This document shows positions 11,029 through 21,402 of a DNA stretch of 64,000 nt, piece by piece. The notes below the pieces were generated by a model. The model did not search any database and was not told the origin of the DNA. It saw nothing but the letters and a program-made list of their open reading frames with translations. Position 1 is the first letter of the stretch; each line of letters opens with the position of its first letter. This DNA comes from an uncultured Desulfosarcina sp. (GTDB lineage Bacteria; Desulfobacterota; Desulfobacteria; Desulfobacterales; Desulfosarcinaceae). A program made the translations under genes and the position numbers. The stretch is taken from the NCBI GenBank assembly GCA_963674945.2, contig CAXXWQ010000004.1:1280001-1344000 (forward strand), in the 5' to 3' direction.

Positions 11029-11552
11029 GTCGTCTCCTCCTTTACCACATCTTTCGACCGACGAGTTCTCAGGCCGAGCAGGTAGGCGCACACCAATGCC
11101 ACCAGCAGCAGCAGGGAAGCGATCTCCACGGCCAGCCAGTGGTTTTGAAAAAGGTAGTTGCCGAAATCCATTGGATCGGCCTGGGCGGCAACCATGGGCC
11201 GCCATGCGGCGGCATCTTTGTCCAGCAGTTGCGTGCTGACGATCACAAATCCGAGGCTGATGAATATCGCCGGCACCAGTTGATTGACCGGAAAGAACAT
11301 TCCCGGCGCCTTTTTCAAGCGGATCATCATGATCAGGAACAAAAACAGGACCATGATCGCGCCGGCGTATATGATAATCTCCAGAGCGGCCAGGAACGGT
11401 GCGCCCAAAAGGTAAAACAGCATGGCCGTTCCGAAAAAGGAGAGCACCAAGTAGAGCACCGCGTGCACCATGTTGCGCCGTGTCACGGCTATGGACGTGG
11501 CAGAGACGATCAACAGGGCAATGGCATAAAATAGAAAAGTAAGTATCGACAT
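11025..11552 (-). CDS. nuoJ: NADH-quinone oxidoreductase subunit J
   Basis: RRNMVHAVLYL, APFLAALEIIIYAGAIMVLFLFLIMM. Confidence 0.93.
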   Translation of the reverse strand: MSILTFLFYAIALLIVSATSIAVTRRNMVHAVLYLVLSFFGTAMLFYLLGAPFLAALEIIIYAGAIMVLFLFLIMMIRLKKAPGMFFPVNQLVPAIFISLGFVIVSTQLLDKDAAAWRPMVAAQADPMDFGNYLFQNHWLAVEIASLLLLVALVCAYLLGLRTRRSKDVVKEETT

Positions 11553-11641
11553 GATTCCTTTTCTCTATCGATTATCGATCTACTCATCTCATGAAACCAA
11601 AAAATCTAGTGCATGGGGCCAAAGGCCGCATCCACGAAATT

Positions 11642-12226
11642 TTAAGGAAGATTACTCTTAACATCAACCGGTGGCGCCTCATTCAAATGTTCGCCTTTAT
11701 CTTTCTGGCCGGTTGTCACGCCGGCAACCTCATAAAAATTGTAGGATGGATCTTTCCCACAGCCCTCCACCAGCAGATCCTCTTTTTCGAACACCAGGGT
11801 GAGGATGTCTCGCTGTACGTTTTCGAAATCAGGGGTGAGTTGAATCGCAGATGTTGGGCAGGCCTCCTCGCACAACCCGCAGTAGATACAGCGGCCGAAG
11901 TTGATGCGGAACCAGCGGGCGTATCGTCGTCCATCGGGCTTCTCCGCGCTCTGCATGGAGATGCAGCTCACCGGACAGACCGCCGAGCAGAGATAGCAGG
12001 CCACGCACCGTTCCCGGCCGTCGGGATCACGGGTCAGCACGATGCGTGCACGCGAGCGGGCGGGAAGCTCTCGCTTTTCCTCGGGATAGGACTCGGTAAT
12101 CGGTTTGCGCACCAGGTGCTTGGCTGTGGTGGCAAAGCCCTCCACCATGGCTTTTGTGGCCGACCAACCCGAATTCTCTTCCGGTCGTAATGGTTTGGCA
12201 TTCGTTTTTGTTTTGCCTTTCGCCAT
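11642..12226 (-). CDS. nuoI: NADH-quinone oxidoreductase subunit I
   Basis: two CxxCxxCxxxCP motifs ([24 protein letters not shown]). Confidence 0.95.
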   Translation of the reverse strand: MAKGKTKTNAKPLRPEENSGWSATKAMVEGFATTAKHLVRKPITESYPEEKRELPARSRARIVLTRDPDGRERCVACYLCSAVCPVSCISMQSAEKPDGRRYARWFRINFGRCIYCGLCEEACPTSAIQLTPDFENVQRDILTLVFEKEDLLVEGCGKDPSYNFYEVAGVTTGQKDKGEHLNEAPPVDVKSNLP

Positions 12227-12245
12227 CTTAGCTCACCTGCATCCA

Positions 12246-13238
12246 TTATGGTTGGACAAATTGTATAAACATCCCCGTCAGCACGATATTGATCAGCGAC
12301 ACCGGGATCAATACCTTCCAGCCCAGTGCCATGAGCTGGTCGTACCGGAGGCGCGGAAGGGTTCCACGCGTCCAGATCATCACCAGAGCCACGATGAAAA
12401 TCTTGATCAGCAGCCAGACGATGGGTGGCAGCAACGGCCCGTGCCAGCCACCGAGAAAGAAGACCGCCATCAATGCGCCCAGCACCTGGATATTCACATA
12501 CTCGCCCAGAAAAAAGAGACCGAATCGCATGCCCGAGTACTCCATGTGAAACCCTGCTCCCAACTCGTTTTCCGCTTCGGGCAAATCAAAGGGAATACGC
12601 TTGCTCTCCGCCATGGCACTGATCAGGAAGATGACAAAGGAGATCGGCTGAAGTACGATAAACGGTACCTTGGCCTGGGCATCCACGATGGCGGTCAGGC
12701 TGAAGGATCCTGCCAGCATCACCACCGGAACCAGGGAAAGCCCCAACGAGAGTTCATAGCTGATCATCTGCGCCGCACCGCGGATACCGCCCAGCAACGC
12801 AAACTTCGAATTGGATGCCCAGCCGCCCAGGGCCACCCCGTAAACGCCCAACGACGAGAGGGCAAAAACGTAAAGCAGGCCCACGTTCAGATCGCTGACC
12901 ACCATGGGAACGGTGCGGCCGAATATTTGGATGTCGGGTCCCAGCGGAACCACGGCGAACATCAGTATGGCCGTGACCGCCACCACTGCCGGAGCGAGGC
13001 GGAAAATCAATCCATCGGCCGCATCCGGCACGATGTCTTCCTTAAAAAGCAGCTTGACCGCATCGGCGATGGGCTGCATCAGGCCGAAGATGCCGGCACG
13101 GTTGGGGCCCAACCGCACCTGGAGCCGGGCCAACAGCTTTCGCTCCAGCCACACCAGATAACTGGCCGCCAGCAGCAGGCCGATCAGCATCACGCCGATT
13201 TTGAGCAGTAAAATGATGAGGCCCAGTAAGAATTCCAT
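12246..13238 (-). CDS. nuoH: NADH-quinone oxidoreductase subunit H
   Basis: ERKLLARLQVRLGPNR, GWASNSK, RIPFDLPEAE, LPRLRYDQLM. Confidence 0.96.
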   Translation of the reverse strand: MEFLLGLIILLLKIGVMLIGLLLAASYLVWLERKLLARLQVRLGPNRAGIFGLMQPIADAVKLLFKEDIVPDAADGLIFRLAPAVVAVTAILMFAVVPLGPDIQIFGRTVPMVVSDLNVGLLYVFALSSLGVYGVALGGWASNSKFALLGGIRGAAQMISYELSLGLSLVPVVMLAGSFSLTAIVDAQAKVPFIVLQPISFVIFLISAMAESKRIPFDLPEAENELGAGFHMEYSGMRFGLFFLGEYVNIQVLGALMAVFFLGGWHGPLLPPIVWLLIKIFIVALVMIWTRGTLPRLRYDQLMALGWKVLIPVSLINIVLTGMFIQFVQP

Positions 13239-13291
13239 TTCTTTTCCCGCCAAGATAGAATTGTCGTATCCTCGAACATGGAGCGCCACGC

Positions 13292-15739
13292 TCAGGGCTT
13301 TTCGCTTTCGACGGTAAGCGCTGAACACTTTACAACAAGGCGTGTCTCCCCCGCCACCTGCCACGCAAGCCCATGATGCCGGGGAACCACCAGCACGTTC
13401 GGCGCCATGTTCGGCTCAGCCAGAATCTGCGCGGTGAATCGTCCGCCATCGAAGGAGACGGTAAGCGTGGCATCTGTCTTCATTCCCAATTTTTCGATAG
13501 TCTCCGGATGCATGGCGGCCTCGGGCGGTGATGCGATGTCCTGCAACGCCGGTGATGCGGCGACCAGACGATCCGTACCGAAAGTCTTTTCCACCAAAAG
13601 AAGGGTGATGGATTCATCTGCCACGGATTCGTTCGCATGGTTCGTCGATGCTATCTGCTGTCGCGCTTGAGAGACGTTTCCTAGATCGATGCGTCCTTCG
13701 GCCGAATCGGTCAGGGGCGGTTTCAGCGAACGGTGGAATTCCTTCACGGCGGCATCCAATAGGTCGACGCCCTCATCCGCTGATGAGACATTCCCGGTCA
13801 TTGCAGCCAGGGCCTGCCAGGCGACAACGGGTTCTCCGCCGGCAATCCGTCCGCCGAACTCCCGTGGCGGATGGTCGCCTTTCCCGGTGATGGCGATCGG
13901 TTCACCACCGGCCATGACGGGGAGAGCCCTTTGCAGCCGCCCTTCCTGGTTGATCCAGTGACCGCCGGCTTCGTAAATGGATTGTGTGGGAATGAAGGTT
14001 TCCGCGTCTCGATTCAGCGGACTGTCCACATAATCGAGTACCACCAGATGGTCCAGCTGCTTCAGTGCCTTCCGTAGACGGGGCTGGTCAGGAAACGTGT
14101 GCCACAGGTCTGTCTCCACCCCCACCAGCACCCGCACTTCCCCTGCTTCCACATGGTCGAGAAGCGCATCCATGGAGACGGGTTCTCCGTCCTCACCCGC
14201 CAGAACGGCAGCGAATGTATTGGCGCTTTCCAGCACGTAGAAGAGGCCGACGGTCTTATGGACGGGACGCAGTGCATCGGCAAGGTCGGCAGCCAGAGAA
14301 ATATCCTCCGGCACAGTCGTGTGCGTACCACAAACGACCATGGGCCGCGGACTGCTGTTCAAACGCGCGACCAAATCACCGACCGGAAAACCATTCGGAT
14401 CGGCCAGAGATTGCACCGGACTGTCGGCAACCCCTTCAATCAAATTTCTCAACAAGGAGGCCATATCCGAAGGATGTACGGCCCAGTGGTCGAATTGCAG
14501 AGGCAGCCGGATCGCTCGCGGATCGATAATCGTCACCCGGCCGCCGCGACGCTTCATCTGGCGCAGGGAAAGGGCCAGCATGGGCGCTTCGTTCAATGGG
14601 TCCGCGCCGATCACGACCATTTCGTCTGCCGTGGCGATGTCGACCAGGGAAACAGCAAAATCCGGTGCCAGCCGTTCAACGGCAATTTTCGCGTTCAACG
14701 CCTGCCGCCGCGTCTGTGCCAAGACCGGTCCAGTCCACTGACTGTGACGACAGATTCGTTTCACCATGGCCAGGGTTTCCAGACTGCAGCGAGATGACGC
14801 CACCACTGCCACACTCTTCGAACCGGTTCTGGATACGCTGTCTTCGATGGCCTTCCTTGCCCTGTCCAGCCCTTTGTCGATTTCTGTCGTCGTCCCCTCG
14901 GCCATGGCCTGGCGCGGGCGATGGGCAACGCCGGCATAGGTGTACGCATAGCGTCCCCGGTCACAGATAAAATAACCGTTTACCGATGGATTGAGCCGTG
15001 CCTCGTGCCGCACCACCTGGCGATAGCGGGCAGACACGGTCAGATTACACCCTAAAGAGCAGTGCAGACAGATGGATGGCTGACGTTCGAAATCCCATCG
15101 CCGCCCGATGAAACGGGATGGCCTGTCTGTGTAGACACCTGTGGGACAGATATCGATCAGGTTTCCGGAAAAAGGACTTTCAAGGATACCGGAAGACGCA
15201 CGGCCAAAATAGACACGGCTGCCAATGCTCATCACGCCGAGATCCCGATAACCGGCAAACTCCTGGTAGTAGCGGACGCAGCGATAACATTGGATGCAGC
15301 GGTTCATTTCGTGCTGCACCAGCGGTCCCAGTTCCTGGTTTCGGTGGGTCCGCTTTCGTCCTAAATAGCGGCGAAGGCCGTGCCCTCCGGCAACGGTTAG
15401 ATCCTGCAACAGACAGTGCCCCCCCTCGTCACACACCGGACAATCATGGGGATGGTTGAGCATAAGAAATTCGATGATATGCCGCCGGAAATCCACGGCA
15501 TCGGCATCGGTGGTCGAGACCACCATGCCGTCTTGGGCATCGACCATGCAACTCATCTGGATGCCTTTGATCGGCCCCTCTTTGAAGGCCACAGCACAGA
15601 CACGGCAAGCGCCGACCGATCCCAGGGCCGGATGATAACAAAACCGGGGAATCACGATGCCCAGCCATTCGGCTGCCTCGATCACCTTGGTGCCTAAGGG
15701 AACGGTGACTTCCCGGTCATCTATTGTGAGGGTTGGCAT
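13292..15739 (-). CDS. nuoG: NADH-quinone oxidoreductase subunit G (long form)
   Basis: CYHPALGSVGACRVC, HPHDCPVCDEGGHC, CIQCYRC, and an additional CLHCSLGC...C (N7-type) motif. Confidence 0.95.
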   Translation of the reverse strand: MPTLTIDDREVTVPLGTKVIEAAEWLGIVIPRFCYHPALGSVGACRVCAVAFKEGPIKGIQMSCMVDAQDGMVVSTTDADAVDFRRHIIEFLMLNHPHDCPVCDEGGHCLLQDLTVAGGHGLRRYLGRKRTHRNQELGPLVQHEMNRCIQCYRCVRYYQEFAGYRDLGVMSIGSRVYFGRASSGILESPFSGNLIDICPTGVYTDRPSRFIGRRWDFERQPSICLHCSLGCNLTVSARYRQVVRHEARLNPSVNGYFICDRGRYAYTYAGVAHRPRQAMAEGTTTEIDKGLDRARKAIEDSVSRTGSKSVAVVASSRCSLETLAMVKRICRHSQWTGPVLAQTRRQALNAKIAVERLAPDFAVSLVDIATADEMVVIGADPLNEAPMLALSLRQMKRRGGRVTIIDPRAIRLPLQFDHWAVHPSDMASLLRNLIEGVADSPVQSLADPNGFPVGDLVARLNSSPRPMVVCGTHTTVPEDISLAADLADALRPVHKTVGLFYVLESANTFAAVLAGEDGEPVSMDALLDHVEAGEVRVLVGVETDLWHTFPDQPRLRKALKQLDHLVVLDYVDSPLNRDAETFIPTQSIYEAGGHWINQEGRLQRALPVMAGGEPIAITGKGDHPPREFGGRIAGGEPVVAWQALAAMTGNVSSADEGVDLLDAAVKEFHRSLKPPLTDSAEGRIDLGNVSQARQQIASTNHANESVADESITLLLVEKTFGTDRLVAASPALQDIASPPEAAMHPETIEKLGMKTDATLTVSFDGGRFTAQILAEPNMAPNVLVVPRHHGLAWQVAGETRLVVKCSALTVESEKP

Positions 15740-15796
15740 AATTCTCAGTATTCAGCTTTATTGAAAGGTTCAAGGCCTGTCCCTGCGAAAGAATGT

Positions 15797-17074
15797 TCAA
15801 TGTGCAAACGGGCATCCCTTGCCATCGATATGAGCAGTTATCTCATCTTCAAAATTGGCCAGCAGACTCTCGATGGGACCTACGCCGCCCGGGGCAAAGG
15901 CACAATAGGCTTTCCACAGGTGCTTGCAGATGGTTCGTATCCTGGGAATAAAGTCCGGTTCGCCCATTCCGTTTTCGATGCGTTGCAGCAAATCCCGCAG
16001 ATAGGGAAAGCCCTCCCGGCAGGGCGTGCACCATCCGCAGGATTCACGGGCGAAAAAGGTCGTCAGGTTCAAGGTGGCGGCCACCATGCAGGTATGCTCG
16101 TCGAATACCATGACCGCGCCGGTACCCAGGCGGTTGCCGACTTTTTTCAGTGAACCGAAGTCCATGGCGATGTCGTAGTGGTCCATGGTTAAAAACCCGG
16201 TGGAAGCGCCGCCCGGCAGGCAGGCCTTGAATCTGGCCCCATCTTTCATGCCGCCACAAACATCTTCGATAATCGTGGAGAGCCGGATGCCCAGTGGCAA
16301 TTCGTAACAACCGGGCCGGTTGACCTTTCCCGAAATACAAAACAGTTTGGTGCCGGCGGCATCGGAGGTGATCGCAAGATCCTTGAACCACTGGGCACCG
16401 TTTTGAACGATGTGCGGGATACAAGCCAGGGTTTCCACATTGTTGATCAGAGTGGGCTGATCCCACAGTCCCTTGTCGGTGGCATAGGGCGGCGGTTGTT
16501 TGGGATTGGGCCGCCGTCCCATCAGCGCGTTCAACTGGGCGGTAACTTCACCGCAAATATAGCGACCGCCGCTTCGATGCACGACGATATCGAAATGGTA
16601 GTCGCTTCCGAGGATTCTCTCACCCAGAAATCCCGCTTCCTTGGCCGATTCGATTTCCCGCTCCAGAATGCGGGCGGCACTTTCATACTCGGGGCGGATG
16701 AAAATGATACCGTGCGAGGCCCGGATGGAGTGGGCCGCAAGCGTCATTCCCTCGATGAGCATGTGCGGTTCGGCATGCAGGAAAACACGGTCCTTGAATG
16801 TACCGGGCTCCATCTCATCGGCGTTGCACACGACATAGCGTGGATGCGGCGCATCGTCCGCCACGGTGTTCAGCTTGATCCCTGCCGGAAAACCGGCACC
16901 ACCACGGCCGAGCAGGGCGGCATCGTTCAACACGGTTTTGACCGGCGCCGGATCACCGCTCTCAATCACCTGGCGCAGGGTCTCGTACCCACCGACCTGT
17001 CTGTATTCCGCCAACGTGGTGATGCGGTCCGGCTTGCGATGCTTGAACAGCACCTGAGGATAATCCGCACTCAT
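15797..17074 (-). CDS. nuoF: NADH-quinone oxidoreductase subunit F
   Basis: GRGGAGFP, NADEMEPGTFKD, YICGE, ESCGWCTPCREG. Confidence 0.95.
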   Translation of the reverse strand: MSADYPQVLFKHRKPDRITTLAEYRQVGGYETLRQVIESGDPAPVKTVLNDAALLGRGGAGFPAGIKLNTVADDAPHPRYVVCNADEMEPGTFKDRVFLHAEPHMLIEGMTLAAHSIRASHGIIFIRPEYESAARILEREIESAKEAGFLGERILGSDYHFDIVVHRSGGRYICGEVTAQLNALMGRRPNPKQPPPYATDKGLWDQPTLINNVETLACIPHIVQNGAQWFKDLAITSDAAGTKLFCISGKVNRPGCYELPLGIRLSTIIEDVCGGMKDGARFKACLPGGASTGFLTMDHYDIAMDFGSLKKVGNRLGTGAVMVFDEHTCMVAATLNLTTFFARESCGWCTPCREGFPYLRDLLQRIENGMGEPDFIPRIRTICKHLWKAYCAFAPGGVGPIESLLANFEDEITAHIDGKGCPFAH

Positions 17075-17547
17075 GATACGCGCTCTTTCAGGGTGGTGAT
17101 CAAACGATCGAGGGATTCGATGGTCAGCGGACCGTGAACCTTTCGATTCACCAGAATCGCCGGTGCCCGGTCGCAGTAGCCGATACAGCACACCGGCAGC
17201 ACGGTGAAAAGGCCGTCTGCCGTGGTTTCGCCCAGTTTTATGCCAAGCCGCTCACAGAGATGATCCACGAGATTCTCTTCTCCCTCCATCCAGCAGATCA
17301 CGCTGTCACATACATGAATGATATACCGACCCACCGGTTCCCGGTAAATGAAGGTATAGAAGGTTGCCAATTCCTCGAGTTCCAGTGGTGACATCCCCAG
17401 CAGATCGGCCGCACGGTCCAGGGCCTCGTCCGTCAGGTAGCCGAAATGATCCTGCAGACGGTTGACCAGGTCGATGGCCATCTCCCGCGGGTGGTCCACC
17501 GTTGCGATCATCGATTTCAACTCATTTTCAAGTGTTTCCGGAAGCAT
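17071..17547 (-). CDS. nuoE: NADH-quinone oxidoreductase subunit E
   Basis: ATFY, VCDSVIC...CCIGYCDRAP [2Fe-2S] motif. Confidence 0.94.
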   Translation of the reverse strand: MLPETLENELKSMIATVDHPREMAIDLVNRLQDHFGYLTDEALDRAADLLGMSPLELEELATFYTFIYREPVGRYIIHVCDSVICWMEGEENLVDHLCERLGIKLGETTADGLFTVLPVCCIGYCDRAPAILVNRKVHGPLTIESLDRLITTLKERVS

Positions 17548-17584
17548 AATTCTCACATGCGAAATCTTTACAACGAAGGTTCAT

Positions 17585-17694
17585 GCGGCTTTGTGAGAAG
17601 CCCGAGATCAGGACTTTTGGATCCATGAGGAGTGAGGCCGCTGCAGCGACGATGGATCCGCATAACGCCGACATCGGGTTTCTCACGAAGCCGC
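17585..17694. repeat. REP/MITE-like palindromic intergenic element
   Basis: terminal inverted repeats GCGGCTTTGTGAGAAGCCCGA / TCGGGTTTCTCACGAAGCCGC and an inner GGATCCAT/ATGGATCC pair, between nuoBCD and nuoE. Confidence 0.7.
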
Positions 17695-17699
17695 CATAC

Positions 17700-20057
17700 T
17701 TACCTGTCGATATCGGGCATGATGTAGTCCACCGACCCCATGATGGTGACCAGATCGGAAAGCGACCATCCTTTGGCCATCAACGGAAGTGCCTGCACAT
17801 TGGCGAATCCCGGCGAGCGGATGCGCATGCGGTATGCATACCCCACCCCATCGCTGACCACAAAATACCCCTGTTCGCCCCGGGGGATTTCACATGCCGA
17901 ATAGGCCTGCCCCCTGGGGATCTTGGGACCGCGTGTGACATTGATAAAATGGTGGATCAGGGTTTCGATGTCTTGTAACATATCCTCTCGCATTGGTACC
18001 ACATACCGGTAGTCGTCTGTGATGGTGCGACCCGTTGGCATGTTTCCGACGGCCTGACGGATGATGCCGAGACTCTGGCGCATCTCTTCGATGCGAACCA
18101 GATAGCGTGCATAGCAGTCCCCGCCCTCGGCCGTTGGGATCTGGAATTCGAACTGCTCGTATCCGCTGTAAGGAAATGCTTTGCGCAAATCCCAGGCCAG
18201 TCCGCAAGCCCGCAGGTTGGGACCGCTGACCCCCCAATCCATGGCGTCGGACAGGGAAATGGCTCCCACCCCCATGGTCCGTGCACGAAAGATCGGATTC
18301 CTGGTAATCAGCGCTTCGTACTCATCCATGCGGGCCGAAAAAATACGGGTGAAGCCGTCCACCTTTTTCTTCCATCCCTCGGGCAAATCGGCGGCCACCC
18401 CGCCGATGCGAAGCCATGCCGGATGCAGGCGCCCGCCTGTGATCAGTTCGACAATATCCAGGATCATCTCACGTTCACGAAACGTATAAAAGGTCGGCGT
18501 CATGGCGCCCACGTCATGGGCATAGGTCCCCAGCCAGACCAGGTGATTGCTCAGACGAAACAATTCGCTGAGCAGAACGCGGATGCACTGGGCACGAGGC
18601 GGAACGGAAATTCCGGCCAGGGCCTCAACCGCCATTACGTAAGGCAGGTTGTTGGCCGCGCCGGCCAGATAATCCACCCGATCGGTGTAGGGAATGAACT
18701 GGTGCCAGGTCTGACGCTCGCCGATTTTCTCCGCGGCCCGGTGATGATAGCCGATCTCGATATGCATGTCGCTGATCGTTTCCCCGTCTAAAGCAAGAAC
18801 ATAACGGATCAGCCCGTGTGTACTCACATGGTGTGGGCCAACGTTGAGAATCAGATCATTTTTCCCTTGTACGAAAAAACCGGCGTCGCGGGGCTGCAGC
18901 CGTCGGGCGTCGGCCAGCGTATACGGGGGAAGATCCGTGGCTCTGCCGGGGTGGGATTTGCGCAATGGATGGCCATGCCAATGATCAGGCATCAACAGAC
19001 GCCGCAGACTCGGATGACCGTCGAATCTGATGCCGAACATGTCGAAAACTTCACGTTCGTACCAGGCCGCCGAGGGCCAGATTCGGATAATGCTGCGTAC
19101 GCTGGGTGAAATGCCGGCAAGGGGGACGGTCAGACGCAGCCGGGTAGCCGGTTCAAAGGCAAGCAGATGGTACACCAGGGTGTAATCGATGCCGGCGACG
19201 CGTTGGCGGCGGGCCGACTCATCAATGGCTGTCAGGTCGTCCAGTCTCTGGAAGCGGGGTTCGGCCTGATTTTTGAGAAAGAAGAGAACGTCAAACGCGT
19301 CAGACGGCAAAACGGTAAAGGAGACCATATCACTGGTGGGCGTCTCAACGGTAATCCGATCGCCAAAGCGCCGCTTGAGTACCTCGGTGAGTCTCCGATC
19401 CGTTTCACTGGGTGGACGCTCGGACGGCGGCGGGGTCCACATCCCGTCAGTGCGGCTGTCGGGGAAGAAAGGCGGCGTGACCGATGTCCCCCGAATGGCT
19501 GTGCCGTTCATGCCAGGACCACGCGGATCACGGCTCTTGGTCGTACCATCGACCAGTATCGGACGCTCCGTCCCCTGGCTGCCGCCGGCCAGATGAAACA
19601 CCCGCCGAGCCGGTTTTTCTTCGCTGATTTTCTCCTGCAGCTTCACCAGACCTGCCAGGACGGCCTCGGGGCGGGGCGGACAACCGGGAATATAGGCATC
19701 TACGGGAAGAATCTGGTTAATCCCCTGAACCACACTGTAGGCATCATACATCCCGCCGGTGTTGGCGCACGATCCCATGGACACCACCCATTTGGGTTCG
19801 GCCATCTGCTCATAGAGCCGCAACACCACCGGAGCGACCTTTTTGAAAACTGTACCCGAAATGATCAGCAAATCGGCCTGACGCGGTGATGGCCGAAGGA
19901 CCTCGGCGCCGAAACGGGCGATATCGTAACGGCCCGTAAAAACCGCGGCCTCTTCCACAAAACAGCAGGAAAGGCCGAAAAACATGGGCCACAGGCTGTT
20001 CTTGCGGGCCCAGTTAATCACGACATCGGCACCGGCCAGGACGGTATCCGTCTTCAT
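17700..20057 (-). CDS. nuoBCD: fused NADH-quinone oxidoreductase subunits B/C/D
   Basis: one ORF containing NuoB ([23 protein letters not shown]), NuoC ([18 protein letters not shown]) and NuoD ([27 protein letters not shown]); ATGA overlap with nuoA. Confidence 0.95.
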   Translation of the reverse strand: MKTDTVLAGADVVINWARKNSLWPMFFGLSCCFVEEAAVFTGRYDIARFGAEVLRPSPRQADLLIISGTVFKKVAPVVLRLYEQMAEPKWVVSMGSCANTGGMYDAYSVVQGINQILPVDAYIPGCPPRPEAVLAGLVKLQEKISEEKPARRVFHLAGGSQGTERPILVDGTTKSRDPRGPGMNGTAIRGTSVTPPFFPDSRTDGMWTPPPSERPPSETDRRLTEVLKRRFGDRITVETPTSDMVSFTVLPSDAFDVLFFLKNQAEPRFQRLDDLTAIDESARRQRVAGIDYTLVYHLLAFEPATRLRLTVPLAGISPSVRSIIRIWPSAAWYEREVFDMFGIRFDGHPSLRRLLMPDHWHGHPLRKSHPGRATDLPPYTLADARRLQPRDAGFFVQGKNDLILNVGPHHVSTHGLIRYVLALDGETISDMHIEIGYHHRAAEKIGERQTWHQFIPYTDRVDYLAGAANNLPYVMAVEALAGISVPPRAQCIRVLLSELFRLSNHLVWLGTYAHDVGAMTPTFYTFREREMILDIVELITGGRLHPAWLRIGGVAADLPEGWKKKVDGFTRIFSARMDEYEALITRNPIFRARTMGVGAISLSDAMDWGVSGPNLRACGLAWDLRKAFPYSGYEQFEFQIPTAEGGDCYARYLVRIEEMRQSLGIIRQAVGNMPTGRTITDDYRYVVPMREDMLQDIETLIHHFINVTRGPKIPRGQAYSACEIPRGEQGYFVVSDGVGYAYRMRIRSPGFANVQALPLMAKGWSLSDLVTIMGSVDYIMPDIDR

Positions 20058-20458
20058 TTGCGTCTCGGCCCCCACGCGAGACCTCCCTTTGCCCAGATGT
20101 AGGCCAGCCCGGCGAGGAGAACTGCAATAAAAAACTGAATCTGGAACCAGCCCCCCCAGCCCAATGGTCGGGCTGCGATTGCCCATGAAAAAATATAGGC
20201 ACCTTCCACATCAAATAGCAGGAAAAAAATCGCTACCATGAAAAAGGGAACCGGGTAGCGCAGCCGCGCCTGGCCTGTAGGGATGATACCGCTTTCGTAA
20301 ACCCGCAGCTTCTCTACGGTTGGCTGTCGCTTCCCCAGCCAACGGGAGAGAAAGAGAAGGAGCAGCGTCAACCCGATGACAATCCCGATGAAAACGGTCA
20401 GACTGAAAATACCGGGTTGCCAGGGAGATAATGTACCTTGCAGAGTAAAGGATTGCAT
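20054..20458 (-). CDS. nuoA: NADH-quinone oxidoreductase subunit A
   Basis: [29 protein letters not shown]. Confidence 0.95.
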   Translation of the reverse strand: MQSFTLQGTLSPWQPGIFSLTVFIGIVIGLTLLLLFLSRWLGKRQPTVEKLRVYESGIIPTGQARLRYPVPFFMVAIFFLLFDVEGAYIFSWAIAARPLGWGGWFQIQFFIAVLLAGLAYIWAKGGLAWGPRRK

Positions 20459-20660
20459 TGTTACGGATTTCCATAAAGGTCTTGCAGTTGTCGATTAGAT
20501 CAACGATCATGCTCGTTTCGGTATCTTATCGATGAAAACTGATATTTTCGTACTCTAATCTGTCGGCTGTTATTTTGGCAATGGGGTGCAAACAGTATTT
20601 TGATACGGATGGAAGTAGTGAAAGGTCAACACCCGGTTTTCCTGTGACACGGAAGGTGCA

Positions 20661-21125
20661 ATGCCGGAAATCAAGATTCTGGTAACCACCATCCATCAAT
20701 CGGACGAACGGGTAAAGGAGGTATTTTCTGCCGGCGCGGACGGCTATTGCAGCAAATACGACAGCAAACAGGAGTTGCTTACGGCCATCGATAGAGTACT
20801 GGCAGGAAATGTTTACCTCAGCCCCACCATTTCCAGGAACGTTCTGGCGGGTTATCTTTCCAATCCCGCAAGTGAGACATCCAAGAAAGACATATGGGAT
20901 ACCCTCTCCCAAAGGGAGAAAGAGATTCTGAAATTGCTCGCCGAAGGCTATACCAATAAGCAAATTGGAAAGATGCTTTTCATCAGCGCCAAAACCGTCG
21001 AAAAACATCGCTCAAACATCATGTCCAAACTCAACCTGCACGACGTTGCCAGTCTCACCAGGCTGGCCATTGAGAAAGGACTGGTCGAAAGGCGAGAGCC
21101 CTCATCTCGCAAATGGACACAATGA
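20661..21125 (+). pseudogene. 5'-truncated NarL/LuxR response regulator
   Basis: starts mid-receiver domain (KILVTT...AGADGY) with no phosphoacceptor Asp segment; LuxR HTH intact (LSQREKEILKLLAEGYTNKQIG...TVEKHRSNIMSKL). Confidence 0.7.
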
Positions 21126-21402
21126 CGATCGGCTTTCGTTCACGGATTGTTGTGAACAAACCGTCGCCTGCCATCCGATCGGTATGAAGCGTTTAAACGA
21201 ATGCGGATCTGCCCGCCTTTTTCCATACATCGAAATCCCTGTTTTACCTCTCAACAACATAACCTTTACCCATCAATGCAGAAAATTGAATGCCACTCGA
21301 TCGAACCGGATGGTGGCTATGCCGGTCGGTTCGATCGAGTGTAGCATGGTGAGGAAGGGATTTGGAGGAGAGAGATTGGGAGTGAAGTGGTAATTTCACC
21401 GG

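Noticed and set aside
5861..19889. many plus-strand and alternative-frame ORFs over the nuo operon
   Set aside because: Shadow ORFs of GC-rich coding sequence with no motifs.
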